NCBI GenBank assembly: GCA_964599875.1
Contig: CAZRHE010000002.1
Coordinates: forward strand, 22,415 to 86,414
Direction: 5' to 3'
Length of the DNA stretch: 64,000 nt
Source of the DNA: an uncultured Bacteroidaceae bacterium
Lineage (GTDB): Bacteria; Bacillota; Clostridia; Christensenellales; CAG-917
The notes under the pieces were generated by a model. That model saw nothing but the letters and a program-made list of their open reading frames with translations, had not been told where the DNA came from and made no database searches. Positions 8,541-16,487 of the stretch are shown here, piece after piece. The translations under genes and the position numbers were made by a program. Each line of letters starts with the position of its first letter. Position 1 is the first letter of the stretch.

Positions 8541-10274
8541 ATGAGCGAGAAAACAGGCAAGAACGAAATGTCCGAAATGTTGATAAAAAAATTGACGGCA
8601 AGCGGAGAATTGACCTTTGATTCCGTTCTCGACGAGTGCGGAGGAAATGCGGTCAAGGCTTTTGCGTATATTAAATATCTTGTCGAAAACGGCTATATCC
8701 GCGACAAGAAAAAGGGCAAATTCGAGGTTTTGGATAAGGCTAAAAACGTCGGCAATTACAAAAAGCAATTTCCGAGAAGTTTCATAAAAAACTTAATCGA
8801 CGTCGTTCATCGCAATTCCATACGCGCGCTTTTCGACCTTGAAGACAAGGGCGGTGTGGAGTGCGAGGAGTTTTTGGAGAGTTGCAAGGAAGAATTCACC
8901 TATAATCCCATACCTTTTTTGGAATCTTGCGGCGCAATAGTTTGCCGCGACGGCGCGTATTTCAACGCGATTCCCGTCGAATCTTTCGGCGATTTGTTGG
9001 ATTTTCTCACGTACACGATAAGAGGGGATTTGAAAGATTACGAGCGCGAAATTTGTTTCAAGCGTTGGGCTTGGGAGGAGGACGAGGATATCTCGCCTTA
9101 TGATTGCGATTACGAATATTTCGAATACGACGAGAGCAAAGGATATTGTCCCGATACGAGCGACTACGACGAGTATTACGAAGAGGACGACCGCGACGAA
9201 GAGGGTAGAATCATCTTGGACCCCGACGAAGAAAAACTCTTGATGGAGATTATTGCGTATCAGGAGGAGTTGAAAAAGGAAGAAGAGGATACGGCGGACG
9301 AAACGCCCGACGAGGATTCGAACGATAAAAAGCATAGCCCGTATGAATACGTGCGCATTTGCGAAACCGAGCACGACAGAGAAAGAGAAACAAAAATAAG
9401 AGAGAGAACGCTAAGGAATATTTGCAGTTTGAAAAGACTTATGCACGCCACTCTCGTGAACGAGCACGGCATGAAACTCGAAACGGATTTCATCGTGACG
9501 GACAGTTTAAAGGACGTAGTCGTGCACGCTATCAGGCACAGTTCGATAGATGAATTAAAGGGCTTTTTCGGCAGAGAAATCGACGCAAGGGACTTGAAAT
9601 CGACGGACGGCTACTATTTTTACGGTTTCGTCAAAGATATCTATATGGAGTTGGACGGTTCGAGCGTGCGCTCCGAAAGAATCGTCTATCCCAACACCGT
9701 AAGTCTTCCGAAATCCATGAGATACTGGTTGAAAGATAAAATGATTCCCGAGGTTAAGGACAAGGAATACGTCGTCGTCGACAAAAAGGAATCTTTCTCC
9801 GTGCCGTTTATTAACTATCTACCCGACGGATTCAGCACCCAACTCAACGATAAAAAAACGCTCACTTTCTACGTGCGACTGGAAAGCGACGGCGTGCTTA
9901 AAAGCGTAAACAAAATGCAACGAGAAACCGCCGTCGAAAAGTTCGAAAGAAAGTTGCTGTTCACAAGTAAACGTGCGGACCTTTTGATTTCGTATATGAA
10001 TTTGGACAGATTTCCTCTCGACCTTTTGAGAATGACGTTCGCGTTAAGCGGCGCGGAAGAAGTGCATAAATTCGCGCACGGTACGAAAATGGATAAGGAA
10101 AATTTGGATTATGCGTCCGCCGCGCTTGACGAAGTGGATAGCGTGAGTATTATAATAGACGACGAGGAAACCGTCCTCGACAACGAGCGCACCGTCTTGA
10201 AACAACTCGAATATAAGGATATATTGCGAATGGATTACGGCGTGGTGTTCCGCGTGAAATTCAAGGGAGAATAA
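8541..10274 (+). CDS. hypothetical protein, paralog C (two wHTH-like modules + acidic linker + shared C-domain)
   Basis: LTFDSVLDECGGNAVKAFAYIKYLVENGYIRDKKKGKFEVL; a KRWAWEE motif; an acidic region; starts 1 nt after the paralog B stop. Confidence 0.75.
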   Translation: MSEKTGKNEMSEMLIKKLTASGELTFDSVLDECGGNAVKAFAYIKYLVENGYIRDKKKGKFEVLDKAKNVGNYKKQFPRSFIKNLIDVVHRNSIRALFDLEDKGGVECEEFLESCKEEFTYNPIPFLESCGAIVCRDGAYFNAIPVESFGDLLDFLTYTIRGDLKDYEREICFKRWAWEEDEDISPYDCDYEYFEYDESKGYCPDTSDYDEYYEEDDRDEEGRIILDPDEEKLLMEIIAYQEELKKEEEDTADETPDEDSNDKKHSPYEYVRICETEHDRERETKIRERTLRNICSLKRLMHATLVNEHGMKLETDFIVTDSLKDVVVHAIRHSSIDELKGFFGREIDARDLKSTDGYYFYGFVKDIYMELDGSSVRSERIVYPNTVSLPKSMRYWLKDKMIPEVKDKEYVVVDKKESFSVPFINYLPDGFSTQLNDKKTLTFYVRLESDGVLKSVNKMQRETAVEKFERKLLFTSKRADLLISYMNLDRFPLDLLRMTFALSGAEEVHKFAHGTKMDKENLDYASAALDEVDSVSIIIDDEETVLDNERTVLKQLEYKDILRMDYGVVFRVKFKGE

Positions 10275-10278
10275 AGAT

Positions 10279-10653
10279 ATGGATTTCAAAAAATTGTTAT
10301 CCGGTTACGTCGATGAAATCACGATAAGACAATGGGACGACTTCGCGGTATTTTCAGTCCCCGTCTATTTCATGGGCACGATGGAAAGTATGGCGATAAG
10401 CGTGCGCGAGATTGAAAGCGGATTCGTCTTTTCGGATTGTCATCGCACCGTTGATTATTGGGAAGAACTGGATTTAGACACCACGCAATACGAAGAGAAA
10501 ATCGAAAAAATTCGCGATTCGTTCAATATCGAAAGACGGGGCAACGAATTTATCATGACCGCACAAAGCGAATGTGAAACTGTGTTGATGAATATGTTCG
10601 GATACTTTTTGCAAGGGATAATTATGCTTGCAAACGTAGCGATTGTAAAGTAG
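10279..10653 (+). CDS. small hypothetical protein, possibly DUF1828-like
   Basis: Starts 4 nt after paralog C, with the RBS AAGGGAGA inside the upstream gene. The pattern ISVREIESGFVFSDCHRTVDYWEEL...KIEKIRDSFNIERRGNEF recalls DUF1828. This is a recollection only. Confidence 0.55.
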   Translation: MDFKKLLSGYVDEITIRQWDDFAVFSVPVYFMGTMESMAISVREIESGFVFSDCHRTVDYWEELDLDTTQYEEKIEKIRDSFNIERRGNEFIMTAQSECETVLMNMFGYFLQGIIMLANVAIVK

Positions 10654-10745
10654 TGCGTGCCTGTGTGAAAACAAAGAAAATAGAAGAAAGTAACCGCAGG
10701 TTATTTGAACGATAATAGCAGAATAAACAGTTTAGAGGTGTAGAT

Positions 10746-11285
10746 ATGAGTAAAAAAGTATTGATTTTGTCGGGTAGTCCCAGAAAAGACGGCAACTCCG
10801 ATATGCTTTGCGACGAGTTTGCAAGGGGTGCGAGAGAAAGCGGAAACGAGGTCGAGAAAATAAGAATCGCGGATAAGAAAGTCGGCTATTGCAGAGCGTG
10901 TTATTATTGCGCGTCCCACGGCGGAGAGTGCGCGATTAAAGACGATATGGCGGATATTTTGCAAAAGATGATAGACGCCGACGTTTTGGTGCTTGCAAGC
11001 CCCGTGTACTTCTATTCCATAGACGCACAACTCAAAGCGGTCATAGACAGAACGGTCGCGCGTTGGCTCGAAGTCAAGGATAAGGAATTGTATTATATCG
11101 CCACTTGCGCGGACACCGAAAACGCATCCGTCGAAACAACGTTTGCTTGTTTCAGAGGTTATGCGGATTGCGTGGAAGGCGCAAAAGAAATGGGACTTAT
11201 ATACGGCACGGGTGCATACGAAAAAGGCGAAATCGCATCTTCTCCCGCGATGAAAGAAGCATACGATACGGGACTTCGCGTATAA
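10746..11285 (+). CDS. NADPH-dependent FMN reductase / iron-sulfur flavoprotein family protein
   Basis: MSKKVLILSGSPRKDGNSDMLCDEF...GYCRACYYC is typical of the flavodoxin-like fold FMN reductases. Confidence 0.8.
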   Translation: MSKKVLILSGSPRKDGNSDMLCDEFARGARESGNEVEKIRIADKKVGYCRACYYCASHGGECAIKDDMADILQKMIDADVLVLASPVYFYSIDAQLKAVIDRTVARWLEVKDKELYYIATCADTENASVETTFACFRGYADCVEGAKEMGLIYGTGAYEKGEIASSPAMKEAYDTGLRV

Positions 11286-11314
11286 GGTAAAACGGGTGGA
11301 CAAAAAGCAAGAAT

Positions 11315-11345
11315 AAAAGCGGTTCGTTTTCGAGCCGCTTTTTCA
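11315..11345. terminator. bidirectional terminator
   Basis: AAAAGCGGTTCG / CGAGCCGCTTTT stem with one G-U pair and a TTTT loop, lying between convergent genes. Confidence 0.75.
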
Positions 11346-11374
11346 ATCGATAAAGAAAGGACGGGTTGACTTTG

Positions 11375-12295
11375 TCAACTCAAACGCAGGTCTTTGCCGG
11401 GGATTCTCTTATATAAGGAGCGTTCGAAATCCGTAAGGCGGGAGAATATGCGCTCGCCGTATCTCGACATAAGGGTGCTTTCGTCAAGGTTGGTGGTTAT
11501 GACGGTCGTGCGTTTTTCGCGAAGTCTTTCGTCTATGGTGAGTTGCAGATATTCAATCGTCACGTTTTTATAGATAGGCTCGGTGCCTAAATCGTCTATG
11601 ACGAGAAGGTCTGCGGTCAAGATATCGTCGAGGAGGGCGGCGCGTTTTTCGAGGGGCGCAAGATGACATTCGAGCATTTTCGCGTTGTATTCGTATGCGG
11701 AAAGCACGAGTGCGCTTCTTCCTTTTTCAAGGACGGTTTTTCTTGCCATGGCGGACGCAAGGCAACTTTTGCCCGTGCCCGTCGCTCCCGTGAAAACGAC
11801 GAGATATTTTTTGACGTCGGGATAGCGGTCTACGTAGGTAGATGTGACGGCGTAGAGTTTGTCGAGAGCGTCTTTTTGATTTTTATCCGCTTTTACGGGA
11901 TTGTTATCGGCAAATGAGAAAGGCGCGCGTTTTTCGATTTCGCAAGCGTCCGCCAATTCTTTCATATATATGGATTTCACGCAGTCGCAAAGTTTGCCGC
12001 CTACGTAACCCGTATCCTTGCACTTTTCGCAAAGGCAGACGGGGGAGAAGTCCTTTTCGTCGAATCCGTATCGTGCGAGTGCGAATTGATATTCCTTTTT
12101 CGCAATCTCGACCTCTTTCGTGGTTTCCCCGGATTTCAATGCAGCGAATTTGGCGCGGACGTATTCGGATTGTGCGGCGGAAATTCTTTCTATCGCAAAA
12201 GCGCGCTCGCGCAGTGCGGCGCGTCTTGCGTTTTCGTCATTTACGGATTTTGCCTTTATCTCAAAGGCTCTTTTGAGTGCGTCTTGCGTTATCAT
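11375..12295 (-). CDS. dnaI: DnaI/DnaC-like helicase loader ATPase
   Basis: N-terminal zinc module CEKCKDTGYVGGKLCDCV, Walker A GATGTGKS and Walker B LLVIDDLG. ATGA overlap with the upstream DnaD-domain gene. Confidence 0.85.
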   Translation of the reverse strand: MITQDALKRAFEIKAKSVNDENARRAALRERAFAIERISAAQSEYVRAKFAALKSGETTKEVEIAKKEYQFALARYGFDEKDFSPVCLCEKCKDTGYVGGKLCDCVKSIYMKELADACEIEKRAPFSFADNNPVKADKNQKDALDKLYAVTSTYVDRYPDVKKYLVVFTGATGTGKSCLASAMARKTVLEKGRSALVLSAYEYNAKMLECHLAPLEKRAALLDDILTADLLVIDDLGTEPIYKNVTIEYLQLTIDERLREKRTTVITTNLDESTLMSRYGERIFSRLTDFERSLYKRIPGKDLRLS

Positions 12296-13725
12296 ATGTC
12301 TATGTCGTCAAATTGGTCTATGCCGCTGAAGAGAGTTTGCAATTCTTCGTCGGTGTACGTGCGTTCGGTGTATTCGGGTTTTTTGCCCGTCGAGGGTGCG
12401 GGAGCGGATTTTGCTTTGGCAAGGGTGGTGACGCCCGCCGTCTTCCAACCCGACAAAATCTGATTGATATAGGTGACGGGATAGGGTTTGCCTGCGGCAA
12501 GTTCGCTTGCGTATTCGATGATATCGTCGGTGAATCCCCAAGTCGAAGACCAAGTGCGATAATATTCTCTGTCCTTTGCGGATACGTTTCTGCTCGTGCC
12601 CGCCTTTTCGAGAATTTTTCTGATTTTGTCGTCCTGCGCAATGCCCGAAGAAATAAATTCGTCTATGCTTTCGACGGACAGATAACCTTGCGAATAGAAC
12701 TTGTTCACAACGTTGTTGAGCCCGTCCAAAGTGCGGATTCCGCTGACGAAACAGTAGTGCGCGATTTTGAGAAGGGCGTCGTCGTCGAAACCTTTGCTCG
12801 TCCAAGGAATTGTGTAAGTTTCCACGACGTGGTCGAGGGATTCGTAATATAGTCCCATAGTTTTGTTGATTTCGATTGCAAGGTTTATAAGGTGTTCGCG
12901 GCGTGCGTTTGCGCTTTCCATTTCCTCGGAGGTGAACACGTTCATGCGATAATATTCGTCGAGTTTTTGGTCGAGGCGTTTGAAAGTCTTGCCGCCTTTA
13001 AGGAGTTTTGCCGCGGTGAGAATCGCGCTTTGCTCGAATCCCCAACTGCGTTGCCATTTAAGGAGCGCTTGTTTTTCTTCGATATCCGCACCGCCTTTTC
13101 TGCCGAGTGCCGCAAGGACCTCTCTCATATCTTCGGTTTGCGCCTCGTATTCGTTGAGTTTGCGCTCGACGTCCGCGACCGTCTTCACTCCGTCCGCAAT
13201 CCAACTGCGCGCCACGGTGAAAATATAGGGATATCGGACGCTTTGTCCTTTTGCGTTTATGGAATATTGCACTATCATCAACAAAACTTCGGTGTCGATT
13301 TTGGTGGATTCGATGAAAGAGTAGTATTCGTTGTATTCGTTAGGCGTGATGAGTCTATCGGGGAAGAGGGATTGCAAAACGGAATTGAAATCGCTCCACT
13401 TGTCCGCCTTGTACTTTTTCGGGGGTTGAAGCCCGCGCTTTAAGGATAGATATTTCACTTCTATCGGGCGGCGGGAAAGGATTTTCACAAGCCCTAAATC
13501 CTCGAATTCGCCGTATATGGAAAGAAGTTCGTCTTCGGTCACGTCGAGGACGGAACATAGAGTTTCGGTTTCGTTCTGTTCGCTCGTCGTGCAGAGATAC
13601 AAACCGTAGAGATACACCTTGATTTGTTTCTCGTCGAGATACGGCAAATGTTCGTTGATGAACAAGTTGTCGACGAGGGTGAACGTTTCCATAAGAAAAT
13701 CGCTTGAAAATTTTGCGAAACTCAC
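12292..13725 (-). CDS. dnaB: DnaD-domain replication initiation / membrane attachment protein (Bacillus DnaB-like)
   Basis: Two DnaD-type repeats (WQRSWGFEQSAILTAAKL and YYRTWSSTWGFTDDIIEYASELA). Size and the dnaB-dnaI order match Bacillus. Start uncertain: GTG 13725 follows GAGG; alternatives are TTG 13737 and ATG 13692. Confidence 0.8.
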   Translation of the reverse strand: MSFAKFSSDFLMETFTLVDNLFINEHLPYLDEKQIKVYLYGLYLCTTSEQNETETLCSVLDVTEDELLSIYGEFEDLGLVKILSRRPIEVKYLSLKRGLQPPKKYKADKWSDFNSVLQSLFPDRLITPNEYNEYYSFIESTKIDTEVLLMIVQYSINAKGQSVRYPYIFTVARSWIADGVKTVADVERKLNEYEAQTEDMREVLAALGRKGGADIEEKQALLKWQRSWGFEQSAILTAAKLLKGGKTFKRLDQKLDEYYRMNVFTSEEMESANARREHLINLAIEINKTMGLYYESLDHVVETYTIPWTSKGFDDDALLKIAHYCFVSGIRTLDGLNNVVNKFYSQGYLSVESIDEFISSGIAQDDKIRKILEKAGTSRNVSAKDREYYRTWSSTWGFTDDIIEYASELAAGKPYPVTYINQILSGWKTAGVTTLAKAKSAPAPSTGKKPEYTERTYTDEELQTLFSGIDQFDDIDI

Positions 13726-13969
13726 TTTACACCTCAAATAATTTTGTCTATAAAGATTAGCACGATTTCCCGAAAAAAGAAAGCAACATTTTCACCGAAA
13801 AATATTTTCACAACATATGGTGTTATCCCGCGAACCCATTAACACTCGTTCACAACCGCACGCGATAGCAACCCTCGAATATAATCAAAAAAATTTTTAT
13901 TTGATATTGAAATTGCAATCGGATAATGTTAAAGTGTTATCATAAAAGGGAAGGAGATTATATGACGTC

Positions 13970-14395
13970 ATGAACAGAGAAATGCTTTATGAGCAGATGA
14001 AATCAGGGTTAAACGAATTATACGGCGACGTCGCGCCTGAAAAGCGCATAGATTGGCTTGTCGATTCGTTATGTGACGTCGTTATGAACGACGGAATAGG
14101 GCTTATCGACGTTTCGGCTTGCGTTATCGAATTCGAAGAAACGTTGACGCGCGAATACGATTCAAAGTATTATGAGATTTTTGAATTCATCCTTGACAAA
14201 TTGCCTAAAAGCAAGATAAATGCGGGAAGGTTGTTTTCGTTTTTTATTGAAGACAACAGAGATTTCGCCGTCTTTGAGAAGTTAATGGATGATTTTAGTA
14301 AATTTCTGTCGGACGAGCAATATCAAAAAGTGGTTGAAACTGCGAGGGAAGTTTTCGATGAAGAAACTCTATCGCCTTATAATTTAGACGATTGA
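13970..14395 (+). CDS. hypothetical acidic protein
   Basis: 141-aa ORF with coding-like composition and no recognisable motif. A 3-codon ORF (ATG 13963) sits between the AAGGAG RBS and this ATG. Confidence 0.5.
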   Translation: MNREMLYEQMKSGLNELYGDVAPEKRIDWLVDSLCDVVMNDGIGLIDVSACVIEFEETLTREYDSKYYEIFEFILDKLPKSKINAGRLFSFFIEDNRDFAVFEKLMDDFSKFLSDEQYQKVVETAREVFDEETLSPYNLDD

Positions 14396-14457
14396 AACAG
14401 AGTGTACTATATTTCGCTTTTGAGAATATCGCGGGCGGTTTCGATGCGCAGAAACGT

Positions 14458-14487
14458 TTGACTTATCGTCGCGCTGTGTGGTAGTAT
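14458..14487 (+). promoter_or_regulatory. sigma-A type promoter for the preQ1 riboswitch-queT unit
   Basis: TTGACT (14458-14463), 18 nt, TAGTAT (14482-14487). Confidence 0.5.
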
Positions 14488-14493
14488 TTAGGC

Positions 14494-14534
14494 AGATGGT
14501 AGCGGCTTAACCCATCAATAAAAAAAACCGAGGT
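14494..14534 (+). promoter_or_regulatory. preQ1-I riboswitch (translational, SD-sequestering)
   Basis: P1 is GAUGG / CCAUC with loop UAGCGGCUUAAC, followed by the A-rich tail AAUAAAAAAAACCGAGG. Loop CGG can pair with tail CCG to form a pseudoknot next to the SD. It lies directly upstream of queT, a known preQ1-regulated gene family. Confidence 0.75.
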
Positions 14535-14540
14535 ATTCTC

Positions 14541-15080
14541 TTGAGTAAGTCTTTGAAATTCATCACTCGTTCTGCTTTAATCGGTGCATTGTATTTTGTG
14601 CTGTCGACGGTTGTATCGCCGATTGCTTTCGGGCCCGTGCAATTTCGTTTGTCCGAGTGTCTCGTGTTGCTCGCGGTGTTTTTCCCCGAGGCTATCCCCG
14701 GATTGACGGTAGGGTGCGTACTTGCCAATTTCGCGTTTTCGCCGTACGGATTTTACGATATGATATTCGGCGGACTTGCAACTCTTCTCGGTGCGGCGGG
14801 GACGTATATTCTCAGAAAAAGGATTCCGCTTTCCGCACTTCCTCCCATATTATTCAACGCATTGCTCGTGCCGATAATTTGGGTGCTGGACGGCAGCGAT
14901 ACGATATATATAATATCCGCACTCGAAATTCTTGCGTCCGAGGTTGTCACGGTCGGGGTTATCGGCATTCCGCTTTGCTACGCACTGAAGCGCGCTTTCT
15001 TGCGGACGGGAATAATAGGGGATAAGGACGAAATAATATATAAACGCATGCCGCCCGAAGATAATGAAAAAGAAGATTAA
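14541..15080 (+). CDS. queT: queuosine precursor transporter QueT (ECF S-component-like)
   Basis: Multi-TM 179-aa protein. ALIGALYFVLSTVVSPIAFGPVQFRLSECLVLLAVFFPEAIPGLTVGCVLAN is typical of QueT. TTG start. Confidence 0.8.
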   Translation: MSKSLKFITRSALIGALYFVLSTVVSPIAFGPVQFRLSECLVLLAVFFPEAIPGLTVGCVLANFAFSPYGFYDMIFGGLATLLGAAGTYILRKRIPLSALPPILFNALLVPIIWVLDGSDTIYIISALEILASEVVTVGVIGIPLCYALKRAFLRTGIIGDKDEIIYKRMPPEDNEKED

Positions 15081-15138
15081 AACTCTTTTCAATTTTCGTC
15101 GCGCGTGTTAATATTGTAAAAAAGAATAGGAGCGAATT

Positions 15139-15624
15139 ATGCACGAATTTAAGAATATGGATTTTATGAACAGTTCGTTCAATACGGGCGCGTTCGTCGT
15201 TGCAAAGGATAATCCCATGGTCGCAAGTTGGGGATTCGTCGGCGTTATGTGGGGGAAGAAAGTTTTCGTCGCACCCATACGCGAGAGCCGTTACACGAGA
15301 GAACTTCTCGATGAAAGCGGTGAGTTTACCGTGAGCGTCCCTGCGGCGGGCACCTTCAAATCCGAACTGTCTTTTTGCGGCACGAAAAGCGGTCGCGACT
15401 ACGACAAATGGGCGGAAACGGGAATGGAAAAACAATCCGCAAAATCCGTTGATACCGTCGTCGTCAAAGGTTGCGAGAGATATTTCGAATGTAAAATCGT
15501 AGGCACTCTTCCTATGGGGGATATGGATATAAGCGCAGTCGAAAAGTGGTATCCGACGAGTGAAAAATTCCCCGCGGGCGACAAACATATTTTCTATTTC
15601 GGCGAAATCATCGAGGAATATTGA
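15139..15624 (+). CDS. flavin reductase-like (FMN-binding split-barrel) protein
   Basis: AFVVAKDNPMVASWGFVGVMWGKKVFVAPIRESRYTRELLDESGEFTVSVP resembles flavin reductase domain proteins. Confidence 0.7.
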   Translation: MHEFKNMDFMNSSFNTGAFVVAKDNPMVASWGFVGVMWGKKVFVAPIRESRYTRELLDESGEFTVSVPAAGTFKSELSFCGTKSGRDYDKWAETGMEKQSAKSVDTVVVKGCERYFECKIVGTLPMGDMDISAVEKWYPTSEKFPAGDKHIFYFGEIIEEY

Positions 15625-15662
15625 TGAAAATCTGGGGCAAACTAATCAAAGGAGATAGGATA

Positions 15663-15887
15663 ATGAAAGACGTGCTTTACGAAAGTGCGCTCGTCGTTTC
15701 ACCTACGAATTTCAAACGCGACTTGCAAGAAATTTGTTATGAACTCGACGTGTCTACGCCCGTCGTTTTGCCCACTCATTATAAGCACTTCACAAGGTTT
15801 AATCGCATAAAATTTTTGCCGCGCGATTTTGTGGAAGACGTGGATTTCACCTCTCTCGTGCTTGAACTCGTAATTGATAAAAAATAG
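15663..15887 (+). CDS. small hypothetical protein
   Basis: 74 aa from ATG 15663 (GGAGA plus 7 nt). The track start at 15621 overlaps the upstream gene. Confidence 0.45.
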   Translation: MKDVLYESALVVSPTNFKRDLQEICYELDVSTPVVLPTHYKHFTRFNRIKFLPRDFVEDVDFTSLVLELVIDKK

Positions 15888-15922
15888 CACGATCCGCATT
15901 TAATCGCTTGATAACGAATAAT

Positions 15923-15961
15923 AAACCTCTTGTTTTGCAAACTAATGCAAACAGGAGGTTT
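15923..15961 (+). promoter_or_regulatory. long hairpin / terminator-like element whose 3' arm contains the spoVT Shine-Dalgarno
   Basis: AAACCTCTTGTTTTGCA (15923-15939) pairs with TGCAAACAGGAGGTTT (15946-15961): about 16 bp with one bulge and one G-U pair. GGAGG lies at 15954-15958 and ATG at 15966. A T-run follows. Confidence 0.6.
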
Positions 15962-15965
15962 TTAT

Positions 15966-16487
15966 ATGTCCAACGGAATCGTAAGACGAATAGACGAACT
16001 CGGGCGCATCGTCATCCCTAAAGAATTGCGACGCACGATGAGATTGAGAGAGGGGGACGAACTTGAAATCGCCGCGGACGGAGAAAGACTTATCGTCAAA
16101 AAGTACGGCGCGTTTCAAAATATGAAATCCGCATCCGACGGGGTCACTCGAATGATTGCAGAGTACGTGTCGGGGGCTTGCGCATACGTCGTGGATAAGG
16201 ACTGCGTCGTGTCTGCGTCCGCAAATTCGAAAAGCGTAAGAGAGGGGAAGGGAATAACCGACTATTTGCGAAAAATCGTGTACGGACGCAGTGCTGTGGT
16301 GCTCGATATAAAAAACGGTTTGTTCGAGGACGTGCCTTTCGACGGCGTCGCGGTGGTTGAACCCGTCGTCGTAAGAGGAGATCTCGTAGGCGCGGTCGTG
16401 GTGACTTCTCCCGTCGCACTCACCGAAAACGAACTCGGATACGTGCGCTTTTCTTCGGCAATTCTCACCGCCGTTATTTCGGATTGA
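15966..16487 (+). CDS. spoVT: stage V sporulation protein T (AbrB-type SpoVT)
   Basis: MSNGIVRRIDELGRIVIPKELRRTMRLREGDELEI is an AbrB/SpoVT swapped-hairpin domain, followed by a C-terminal GAF-like part of about 120 aa. The yabM-mazG synteny supports the call. Confidence 0.9.
   Translation: MSNGIVRRIDELGRIVIPKELRRTMRLREGDELEIAADGERLIVKKYGAFQNMKSASDGVTRMIAEYVSGACAYVVDKDCVVSASANSKSVREGKGITDYLRKIVYGRSAVVLDIKNGLFEDVPFDGVAVVEPVVVRGDLVGAVVVTSPVALTENELGYVRFSSAILTAVISD

Noticed and set aside
2337-13737. Whether the T4CP-like gene plus the DnaD-domain/DnaI-like genes mark an integrative conjugative element or a prophage replication module.
   Set aside because: I found no integrase, recombinase, relaxase, VirB4, phage structural genes, flanking direct repeats or tRNA target. 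The dnaB-dnaI pair has host-like sizes and order, with a zinc-module DnaI and a two-repeat DnaD-domain protein. A decayed element still cannot be excluded without comparative data.
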